In this document: positions 1 through 10,532 of the stretch, piece by piece | Position numbering within the stretch: the first letter of the stretch is position 1 | Layout of the letters: every line of letters begins with the position of its first letter | Translations under genes and position numbers: made by a program | The notes under the pieces: model-generated | What the model was told of the DNA's origin: nothing | Databases searched by the model: none | Seen by the model: the letters and a program-made list of their open reading frames with translations, nothing else | Source: Amphiscolops sp. MND2022 | Lineage: Eukaryota | Reading direction: 5' to 3' | Assembly (NCBI GenBank): GCA_964187785.1 | Contig: OZ076409.1 | Coordinates: forward strand, 53,880,001-53,944,000 | DNA: 64,000 nucleotides

Positions 1-483
1 CTAGTTTTTTTCGTCACTTCAACGCGATAGGTCCACTTTTTGTGCATTATGCACTTTTACCGTATGTACTTAGTACTTCATTTTCAACGCATCCAAAGCC
101 TCTAACATGAGATAAAAAGCCATTCCAAAGCTTTTTTTTCGACAGTATGAGACTTTTTCCCTTTTTTGGCACTGAGATTGTTCAACTTTCTCATTTTTTT
201 CCAAAATTTCTTTATTGCTCCAAAGGGTCTCCCCATCATTTTTTTGATATTTTGCAACAGAATGGATGTTCAAAAAAACCCAAAGGGTCCCCCCTTTTAC
301 ATCTTTCGGCACTATGCGGCTTATTGGAAACTTCAAAAAAAATTTCGAAAAAAAATTCGGAAAAATTTTTCCTCAATTTTTAGTTTTTTGAGAGCTTTTG
401 TTGTCTCCAGTTGTAGAAAAAGTGGTTTTCGATTCTTATTGAGCCTTTGATATGGCGCCGTCTTGGGCCGTTCCCGGCTTGTT
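1..483 (+). mobile_element. HINE/DINE-1-like non-autonomous element, 3' part (continues beyond window start)
   Basis: Ends in GATATGGCGCCGTCTT + GCCG-TTCC-CGGC stem-loop + TTGTT, homologous to the end of the 1481-1978 copy. Shares internal AAGGGTCCCCC and TTTTCGGCAY motifs with it. Confidence 0.7.
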
Positions 484-1480
484 ATGTTTTTACGTGACGT
501 AATATTGACAGAGGCGGAATTTTATTTTCGGAATTTTGAAACTCATTTTCTATGTTGCCATCCCAGATTTTACTATACATACCCAGATTTTAGATTCACG
601 TTTTAGCATCTGATCATTATGCTATAAACCAGTTAAACCAGTTGTTTCTGCACAGATACAAAAAGCGCTTATCTCATTTTGTTGAAGTATTACCCAGACT
701 AGGTTGATGGCAGAAAAAATGCCAATTCAATATTAGAGCAAACTCCTCTTTTATAACACCTTCTACTGGGAACCAGAAAGCAGATGAAAATATATCGCCA
801 ATCAGACGTATTGTCAGATTTGCAAGAACTGAACGTGATATTTTGAAACTACGGCGTAAATCTTTCGCAAGAGCATCTGATACTGACCTGTTGTCCAGTT
901 TACCACGAGAAGAAAAAAAATCAAGTTGAGAAAATTTTAGATCAATGATAAACTCTAATGGTGCAGATAACAGTGAAAGGGCATAAAAAACATTTTCGCT
1001 CTAACTGGAGAGTTAAATAATCAAAATTCCAGGAAGTTAGAGAAGATGAGAACCTTAGTTGAAACTGCTTGAAACTTTTACATGATTTTATAGGCTACCA
1101 AGCACTTTTAGCATGATTTTTAGAGTTTCATCGAGAATCATCAAATATTTCCCTGATGCAATGCTATTTCTTTGAGTATTTATTAGGATTTCTATACCAT
1201 TTGGCGGGTTGTCAGAGCAACATCAACGAAGTTCAAGAGAAACTCCCTGCAAAATTTTCCGTTTTGCGGGCAAAACCTCAACTTTTGCGAGTGCTGAAGC
1301 TACTATATGATGTAAACAAAATTTTTGCGTGTACCAGTGTGGCAAACAAATTCGTAAAATTTTTAGAATCTTTCGATGGAATTTTTTTTGCTTGGAAACT
1401 GTTACAAACGGCAATTATTACAGCTTCCTGAGTTGGGCAAAGCGAAAACCTGTTGAATAAAGGCAGTTTAATTTTGTTCT

Positions 1481-1978
1481 TTTTTAGTCGGCGCTTTTCT
1501 TAAGAAAAGAGCCCGACTATTACAGTCACTCGTTTTTTTTCTTTTTTTTTATTTAAGACAGACTCGAAGCGACGAACGTTAAAAATAACGTTCGACTACT
1601 AAATACAGTACTACTAAAACACTGGCAGCGCATTTGAGATAGTGCAAAGGGTCCCCCCTTTCAGTAAGTCCATTTTTATCGTAAGATACAAAACAGGACG
1701 AGACTATAGGGTCCCCCCTTTGAGTTTTTTTCGGCATTGTGCGACTTTTTTTCGAAATTTTTTTTGTCCCCAAAGGGTCCCCCCTTCGAGTTTTTTGATA
1801 TTTTGCAACGGAATGTATGTTATTGAATCCAGAAGGGTCCCCCTTTTACATTTTTCGGAACTATGCGACTTTTTTTGAAAGAAAAAAATTTTTCAAAAAT
1901 TTCAATTTTTTCGAAAAAAAATCTTTTGCGCTTTTTGAGCCTTAGATATGGCGCCGACTTTAGACGTTCCCGTCTTGT
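1481..1978 (+). mobile_element. HINE/DINE-1-like (Helentron-associated) non-autonomous element, complete copy
   Basis: 5' subTIR AGTCGGCGC lies inside a hairpin (1485-1519). 3' subTIR GCGCCGACT is followed by an AGACG-TTCC-CGTCT stem-loop. Ends are T-rich. Confidence 0.75.
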
Positions 1979-2900
1979 TGCCGTTTTCGCCATTATCTGG
2001 GGTTGTCATATGTTTGCTAACGTTTCAAGCATCGTTTGAGTGTTCCTTTTTGTTCCAGGTCCTCATTGGAGAATGCTGGCTTTTTCCTGGATACTGCCGT
2101 GAATCAATGTCTGAAGCTGATGCATAGAGTCGATGATGGTATCACAGTCTTGGTGCTGGTTGCCATGTGCAAAACCCCTGAATTAAGTGAAAAAGTTCAG
2201 TGATGAACTCAACAGAGTTATGGAACTATATGCACATATCGTGTTTTTTTTATATTGGAATGATTCTTTTTCTCATATCTAATTCCATTGAAAGTTTTTC
2301 TTCTGCCTATTTTTTCAGCCATTAGGGACGTTCAGGATTAGCAACACTGTTATCGACAAGCACTTTTTTGAATAAATGGAGATTTGAGCCAACACAATTG
2401 TCGTTTTTGAAGAAAATGTTTACAGTCTTGCACAGATTTTTTTTGAAAATTGATTCAAGCAGCTTGGACATTTTTTCAAAGCACAGGGATGATTTTCCAA
2501 GCTGCAGGGAATTTTTACAAGAATTTTCCATGCAGGGTCCCTGAATTTTCTATGTTTTTTGAAAAAATTAGTCTGCGCGCTTTTATACTGCATGTAAAAT
2601 GTTCCTGTAGTTTCGACCAGGGAACAGCTTTAGATACTCAACTTATGAGCGCTATAAATGCTGCGATCAATGAGAATACCACAATAGGGCTAAAGAGGAA
2701 CCCCGAAAACAAGAAAGACTGCGAAAAAGTTCATTCTATTTAACTCGTGTCCATATCAGGGAGAAATCTCTAAAGATTCGCATCAGAGTTAGGAGATTTT
2801 GTTTTCCTCAACATCTACTGTGTTGTCGTAATCAAGCACACCCATTTCTGACTTCGCAGATAACATGATCACTCAAGACCGAATATGTCTTCACACTGAT

Positions 2901-4386
2901 TGTCGTAACCATCATCATCACTTTGTTCGAAATCTACTAGATTCTCCCTACGGTGATTATTCTGGTTACTGGAAGTTGCGATTAATTTAGGAAAGTTCTC
3001 TCCTGAGTCCTGGCAAAATTTACTTTTATGCCGTCCATGTGACTCAAGGTCTGGATTTTGAGTCATTTGGGTGTTTCTATCTGGATGCCGTCCATCTGAC
3101 CGAAGGTCCCATTTTGTGTTTTTAGCTTCCCTATTGCTCATAATTACGTTTTCAATGCTTGGCAATATCCTTTCCTCAATTGCTGAGTTTATAACCTCCA
3201 AAATATGAGAATTCAAGTCTGATTTCATTTCCTCTATTTTCCTTGACATTTGTGACGAAATTTCTGAGTTTATCATTCTATCAGTCTCAACGGTAATTTC
3301 ACTGTTTTCACTCAGATTAGTGTTTAGGAGTGATCTATAGTTTGGCTCATTTTGGTCTAAGGCCTGTTGCCGTCTTTCTGACTCGGGGTCAATCCCTATC
3401 TGATCAATGGCTTCTTGATCTCTATTTTCACTATTGGTATAATTTCCCAACATTACGTCTAAATTTTCAATATCTGACATTACGTCAGAGTGTCTGGGGC
3501 GTTTCTCTTTTGCCTTTTGCTTTCTAGTTGAAGGCATATCAATAAAGAATTTCGGATTTCAACAATGAATTGAATATCGCGGTAATGTGAACAGTGTGAT
3601 TGTAAGTGTATTGAATGAATCCTCTCTTATTGGAAACGTACATATATATACCAACTACTGCATGACGCTCAATATTTAGGGTGTCATTTATCAGAAATAG
3701 TCATGATGTCATTGTCTAAAATAGCATCTTCTAAAAATAGACTAAAAGGGTCAAATTAACCTTACGTCATTTGCCCTATTAACTATAAATAGCAACAACA
3801 ACAATTTGATTCTAATAGCTACATGTTAACAGCAACAATATATGCGTTCAAAATGATATTAAGCTAAATGGACCAATGGTCATTGTGGCGGCAGTATAAT
3901 ACTGGTTACTGCAATGTGATTGGTCAAAAGTAGTTCGGACAACGCGTCAACTTGACGGCAACGCTGTACCAGTTGAACGCGTTTCCTGTATATTGTCAGC
4001 TTACAGCATCAATTGATTAATCATTAATCCAACTTTGTCAATAGCAACAAACAATTTACTACAGGTCTGTGTGAAATACTAGTTCACAACAGGTAAGGTT
4101 TATCGTGAGTAATGCTACATGTCATTTATGACGGTAAAAATACAAGTAGGCGTTTGCCGTCGGGCTGACCTTAGGTCACAATATATAAAGTAAATGCGCA
4201 CAGTGACTAAATTAGGCAACGAAACAGTAAGATATTGACATGTATAGTAAAATAATGGTATTCGTGAATGTTTCTATTGAGTTCTGAGTTCTACCTATAT
4301 TGGGAGGACACCTGGGCCGGGAACGTTTGAGTCATCTTCAGGGGTGATCTGATATAGTAGACCGTCGCAGGCGGCAGCCTCCGACA
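2901..4386 (-). repeat. 3' LTR of element 1 (1486 bp); contains a copy of the gag 5' end (ORF 2869-3537)
   Basis: Near-identical to 21463-22955: about 15 substitutions plus 9-bp and 2-bp indels, counted by eye. Confidence 0.95.
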
Positions 4387-5122
4387 CTCCCCTGGGGATG
4401 AGAATGAAGGATCCCGCCTTCATTCCGGCTTCGAAGGCGTCTCTTTTTGCCAGCCTCGTTTCGTAGGATTCGCCTGCAACGTGTGTACGTTCTAAGTAGC
4501 CAAGTGTAATTTCCTCTTTGATCGCAGCGTAGTCTTTCCCGCACACTACACATCCCGTGTAATAGACATCATTTGGCTGCCCACAAGTCCTACTGATGCT
4601 TATTGCCAATCCCGTAATGTGAGGGTTGTTAATCCAATTGTCATCTTGAGGTGGCAAGTGGGTTTCTCGCGCATCATCATAAGCTGGTCTCTGGTCAATT
4701 AATGGAGGAGACAGAGGGGATTCTAAGATTGGGTTGAATTGGCTACATTGGGCTATTGGGTGATCACTAGCAGATTGCCCATAATATGTGGGGGGAGGAT
4801 TCCCAACGAACCAATCAATCAATGAATTCGAGGGTTCTGTAAACGTACTCACTGATTCAGTGGGTTCACTGATGGGCAAGTTAAGATCGTTGAGACATTC
4901 AGTTAGCTCGGTTGTCATGGCCCTTCCTGCCGCTAATTGTGGAAGGAATTCAGTATTGTATCGGTAGCAAGCCAAAACTTGTATATCGTCGTCCTCGCCG
5001 GTAGCATCTAGAATATCGTCAGCGGAATTTATGGAGTCGACGTCCATATCTTCATCTGACGACTGGTAGCTTAGATCTACTAGCAATCTGGGAAGTAATT
5101 CACAGTTGAATTGTAGAGCCAT
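4295..5122 (-). CDS. Accessory sense ORF of element 1 (~275 aa from ATG 5122; acidic/Pro-rich, CxxC motif), ends inside the 3' LTR
   Basis: Open frame 4295-5287 whose first ATG gives MALQFNCELL. Contains TCGQ...GCVVCGKDY. Stop lies ~90 nt inside the LTR. Confidence 0.65.
   Translation of the reverse strand: MALQFNCELLPRLLVDLSYQSSDEDMDVDSINSADDILDATGEDDDIQVLACYRYNTEFLPQLAAGRAMTTELTECLNDLNLPISEPTESVSTFTEPSNSLIDWFVGNPPPTYYGQSASDHPIAQCSQFNPILESPLSPPLIDQRPAYDDARETHLPPQDDNWINNPHITGLAISISRTCGQPNDVYYTGCVVCGKDYAAIKEEITLGYLERTHVAGESYETRLAKRDAFEAGMKAGSFILIPRGVSEAAACDGLLYQITPEDDSNVPGPGVLPI
4387..4393 (-). promoter_or_regulatory. Polypurine tract (AGGGGAG) of element 1
   Basis: Purine run on the minus strand immediately before the TG of the 3' LTR. 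Confidence 0.7.
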
Positions 5123-5771
5123 CTCAGCGTTGTGTCGATTGAGGAATATCCTTTTCGCAATTTTGCTAGCTTGAATTCGAGGCGACTGATTTTCAGAACG
5201 GTAGGATGAGAAGTAAACTTTTGCCGTCCGCCTGACCTTAGGTCCAACCCCAATTTTGGCGGGAATACGGCGCGGGGTTTCTCCCAAATCATAGTTTCAA
5301 CTTTTTCCTTTTTAGGTTTTGATTAAGAGTAGAGTCTCAAATAATTTTCGAGCAATTTATCTGCGAAGCTTGTTAATAGCCTCTTCAAGTTGTTTTACTT
5401 TATTCTTCAAAGGCGTCACTTGACAATTTAAGTGTCGTTCCTCTTAATTCTCTGTCAACAATTAACTTGAAAGACCGTCGGTCCGTGTGACGGCAATAAT
5501 GATGACAACCAATCAGGTGACGCTAATTTGAATGAAGAAACGTGGTGAAAGTTTTCCTAATTGTGAAATGAAGTAATTAATTTGCTGCGTTTTAGGGAAG
5601 AATAGTGAAATAAAATAACAGGGAAGTCCATGAACATTTCACTGGCAGGCTCCATATCATGGATTAGTAATGAGGAAATCTAATTAGTGCAGATGAGGAG
5701 ATGGTAACAAGAGAACGTTTTATATGTAGCCACGACGTCCAGTTGGTAAGAATAACAACAGTCATAATATT

Positions 5772-5781
5772 ACTAATAATA

Positions 5782-5859
<78 letters not shown>

Positions 5860-5869
5860 TTAATAATAA
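5772..5869. repeat. (TAA)n microsatellite, left part
   Basis: Near-perfect ATA triplet run. Confidence 0.95.
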
Positions 5870-8800
5870 GTAATCGTAATGCCAAACTACACCCAATTTT
5901 ACACTGCGCAGGACAAATGACACCGCTAAGTAAATATCAGTGCCAAGTTACACCTTTATTATTAAGATATTAAGTGGGGTATTTGGTATGTGTAGATTGT
6001 TTCCAAAGGGGTTTCTCGTCCTTAAGAATAACCTGCAAAACTGTTTTCCGCAAGCCATTTAAACCCATACAGTGGCACACTAGTTCCACAAAATCTAACG
6101 CAATTCTTATGATGACATACAACACCAGTTTATCACCCCATGATTAATCACCAGCACTCAATTTTCAGTACTAGCACATTTCCAATCATGAGATAGATTT
6201 GGTGAAAGTTAACCAAATTTACGAGGTTTTTTCCCCTAATTTGGGAATAATGCTTTAGTTTCGACGAAATTAATTTCAGGAAAAACAATTGCTTGGTGAA
6301 ATAACTGATACCGAAAGTAATAAAGCTCTCGTTAAACTTTTTAAAACTAGGTACAAAATCGTGCATTGAAAGAACCATGAGCGGAAATGGGATCTTTTTT
6401 GTTAATTCGCCCCACCGATTCAATTCTCACCGCTAAACGGTTAAGGGAAATTATCAATGAATTATTAAACTACAATCGAATTGGAGTTCATGCGTTCAGT
6501 TTTTTATGGTTTACATAGTAGCAAACAACCATTAGCATGAAATTTATCTGAAATGTTTCATGTTCCAATTTTCAAGAACTTTCTTTTTTTTTCTAAAATT
6601 CCGAGTGAAAATTAACAGAAAAATTTCGAACAGTTTAGTTTTTTTTTCGAATTCCGTACGAAAGTATATTATTCTTCACGGAAATTTCAACAACGAAGCC
6701 CCCCCCAACACGGAGGAACATTTTAATCTTTAAAAGTATTCCACTCATATGAACATCAATAAAAAGGTAAATACCAAATAACATAAGAGCAAATAACTTA
6801 AGAACAAAATTAATTTCAAATAGCATAAAAATAAAACCGAAAACCTGGTTAAACAATCAAATTCACGAAACTTGATTTGTAATTTTCATACTTTTTCCAG
6901 GTAATCTTTTGAATTGTGAATGATTTTGACCAGTAAAACTTTCTCGTAAGCAATTTTATGTTTATGTTTGGTGAAACTCAATTAATTTTTATGTTATTTG
7001 AAACTAATTTTGTTTTTATGTTGTTTGCTCTTATGGTACTTGGGAATTCACCTAAATAAAATGTGCTTTCGTGCTGGGGGATTCACAAACAAGGTGTACC
7101 TGGGAGAAATAATTATAACCCATTTCAGGTTACAATCTCGCAGCAAGGTTCAGTAAGTATTATGTCGACATCGTTTGCTGAGAAATTTAATTATTCAATC
7201 TCCATTTCAACTGACTGACAAGCTGAAATGAATATAATTGGTGAAACTATTGGCCAATAAAACGCAATTGTGCATGTCTTCAAAAATTGTCCTCTGATAT
7301 TAAATATTGGAGTTGTTTGTCCTTTGATTTTTAATGCGGGGGTTATTTGTCTTCTGATATTAAAAATGGAGTTACTTGTCCTTTGGTATTTTTAATGCGG
7401 GGGTTATTTGTCCTCTGATATTAAATATTGGAGTTACTTGTTCTCTGGGATTTTCAATATAGGGGGTTATTTGTCCGCTTCTATTTATATAGGAGTTATT
7501 TATTCAAACCTCTGGTATTCAAAATAGAGGTTGAATTCTGGAATAAATATTCTGGAGATTATCTTTGTCAAACTTTGCAGATTAATACGACCACCTTGTT
7601 TCTTAATTCCCACCAGGCAGTGGCCAAAAACTCCGAAAGTTTATTTATTTATTTCAGTTGAAAAAATACGCAGATAAGCAAAGAATGAAAATTCAACCGG
7701 TGCTCTCGTTTCGGTCCGCCCCACGTTTTAAAATCCTGAACCCGCCCCTAATTATTTTCGATAGAAAACATCAATATCGACGTTGTAATTGAAATCAAAT
7801 AAATGAAGTAAATTCAGTTTAATTCACAAACGAACATGTGCTTTTGTGTTGCGGGAAATACAAAACAAGGCATACCTGGCAGCAATAAGAATTATGCATT
7901 TCAGGTTACAATTTTCTCGCATTAAGGTTCATTTAGAATTATGTCGACATCGTTTGCGATGTAATTTTGGTCCAAAAACAATAGTGATGTCGTCAAATAA
8001 TTTTTATTTCATCTGACTGACAAGCTGAATTTAATTTAATTGGTGGAACTCTCGGCCAATAAAAACGCAATTATGCATGTCTTCAAAAAGTGTTTGAAGC
8101 ATTGCGAATATTGCTAAATGAAGCAAAAGGATATTATAAAAAGCTTTGCGCTTTGGAAAAATAAATCGATGCTTCAGGTATGAGAATGAAATAATAATCC
8201 CAAAAACAACCATATGCTGATAAATGCTGCAATACGACAGGCTTGTAATCTTGGAAAAAATGAAAGTTCTATTAGATGCAACTAATACTTATTTGGAAAG
8301 GATTTAGTAATGTAATTTATACGTTGTTTTGAATTTGCCAATCAAATATCTAAACAAACTAATTTTTGACGTTTGTCACGCGGGAGAGAAACGTTATTGG
8401 ATGATGGAAAGAAACCAACTAATTTATATTTAAATAAAAGTTGACCAACGAACGTCACGAAGTCTTTCTGCTTTCTAGCGTGACTAACGTCAAAAAGGTT
8501 TTCTGCTTCCGCAAGTTCGCAGTTTCGCATAGTGATTGTAATAGATTACCCATGTTCACCCTTGATTGACACAATTACAAATCGAAATTATTTAAAGTGA
8601 TGAAGTTTTCATTTAAAGAATAATCCTACTTTAAAAAAATTGAATGTCTGACAAGCTGAATTGCAAGATCCAGAGTTGTTTTGAAACAATTATTTTCAAA
8701 TAGTTGAAACTTTGAAAGCTCAAGAACTTTCATGCATTCAGTTTTTCATGATTTACATAGTAGCAAACAACCATAAGAATGATAATAATCTGAAATGTTT

Positions 8801-9820
8801 ATTGTTTCAATTTTTTGTTTGAAAAACAGCATTAAAAACCTTATCAAAACAAGAATTTGTTTCAAGAATGAAATGACATTTTTCGGGGGCAATTTTTTAT
8901 ATTTTATATATTAAACAACTTTGATAAAAATTACAAAAAAACTTTCTGATGGGGGTGTTAATTCTTATTTCCCTCATGAGTTGCACCTTGTTACGAATCC
9001 TCCGATTTCACGGAATTGATTCCAAAACGTGCTTTCGTTTGGAGTGGGTTCAAAAGTGTGAAATCATTGGCGAATGCGGCAGCAAAGAAATTTGAGCATA
9101 AACATCATTGATCAAAAATACACAAGAACATGCCATTCTGATTTCGGGAGGGGGGTTAATTTTTATCTCCCCCATGAGTTACACCTTGTTACGAACACCC
9201 GCCTCCCCAACTCAAGAGGTACCTGGGAGAAAATTTCATAACCAATTTCAGGTTACAATTTTCTCGCAACAAGGTACCTCTAGAATTTTAGAATTATTTT
9301 GACATCGTTTGCTGTGAACACTTTGGTTCAAAGTGAAAGTTCACATGTCATTTTGCATACAAGAATTGCAGCAATGGTATACGTGCCAGAAGGAGTAATT
9401 TGTCATCTAATTTGCCGTCCGCAGAACTTTTCAAGCAGCACAAATACTGTACCATATCTAACTTCTTATACACCAATAGTCTGTGCGGTAATTGGTGTGA
9501 ATGGCCTAATTAACGATGATGCGCCATAATACTACAAAAACATTCAGAGTGTAGTTTGTCCTTAAGATTATCTGGAAGGTGGTTATTTGGTATTGGGAAA
9601 AGGACCTTAATAATTCAAGAATTACGCGATCAATTTCGTTCAAAGTTTGGCAAATTTCTTTTTTAAGGGTTTTCAGCTGCTTCCCTAAATTTCGTTTTCC
9701 TACTACCCGTGGAAGCGAAGATTCAGGATAATGCCAAACTACACCCCAAAGAACCCCTCAGCTGGTGGTGTTTGGCATGTGGTAGAGTACAACTGTGGGG
9801 TTATTTGGTACTGCGTTTAC
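5870..9820. mobile_element. Non-coding TIR insertion (PIF/Harbinger-like) nested in the (TAA)n tract
   Basis: Imperfect TIRs GTAATCGTAATGCCAAACTACACC / GTAAACGCAGTACCAAATAACCCC (17/24 matches), TAA on both sides. Internal direct repeats at ~7060-7290, ~7835-8090, ~9215-9330 and at ~6485-6570 vs ~8730-8810. No long ORF. Confidence 0.55.
7287..7530. repeat. Tandem minisatellite of ~30-33 bp (TTGTCCTCTGATATTAAATATTGGAGTTA-like)
   Basis: About 7-8 diverged units visible. Confidence 0.8.
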
Positions 9821-9871
<51 letters not shown>

Positions 9872-9890
9872 TAATAATAATAATAATAAA
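9821..9890. repeat. (TAA)n microsatellite, right part
   Basis: Near-perfect ATA triplet run. Confidence 0.95.
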
Positions 9891-10532
9891 CAAAATAGAG
9901 TAATAAAAGACTAAGTTGTGGCGTTAACTTGACAGTACGAATTAGTAATTAGTCAGTAGTGTGATAAAGAGTATGGGAAGTAGTATAAAAGTACATTTGG
10001 TAACAATTAATGTCTTGCCGTCAGGATGACTCATAGTCAAATTTGCTCGCGGTGGTTGAATAATACTTGATTGTGAACTAGTAATACCTTGCCGTCAGGT
10101 TGACGCTGAGTCCACTACCTTGTGCTGCTGTATTAGAACCTTCCACTTATATCAATTGTTTTCTCGTGAAGTATCACTTGAGCTAGACTGTATTACCCAG
10201 TGATCAGGATAGTCTCTCTGAGCTCGAGTTACACTTTGATAGGGTCACCATACCAGAATTTTCAACTTTTCGCCAATCGAGACTTTCGAATTGTTTATCG
10301 ATTCGAATTTGAATTCTCATTTACTTATTCCTCCTTTAGTACAATCTTCCCCATACAAAAGATCTTACTACACGTCACGTTCGTTCAGACACAAAATTCT
10401 GTGGGAAGGATTTTAACAACATTCTGCTTTTCTCCATCGTGAAAGGATATTTGGAGTAGTGTTGCCAACTCAAATAACTCTCTTCTACTTCAACATACAG
10501 CAATTGGGGCACATCAATTTTGCTGATCAAAT

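Noticed and set aside
484..1480. Possible coding remnants (1156-1431; also 1980-2180 and 23300-24060)
   Set aside because: Short frames with stops, no recognisable motif and no consistent splice model.
2869..3537. 222-aa ORF as a second, truncated retrotransposon copy or independent gene
   Set aside because: It is the gag 5' segment contained in the 3' LTR. Identity ends exactly at the LTR terminus and the CTGAT TSD.
5641..5660. TGGAGCCTGCC (minus strand) as a PBS next to a TAA-bounded LTR
   Set aside because: No matching repeat exists near 9900. The real LTR pair, PBS and TSD are at 2901/21463/22955.
5664..5973. Poly-Ile ORFs (also 9709-9903)
   Set aside because: These are translations of the (TAA)n microsatellite.
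9412..9435. TTGCCGTC as another copy of the 24-bp motif (also GTGCCGTC at ~48443)
   Set aside because: Both lack the downstream GAC and GTC triplets at the 8-bp period.
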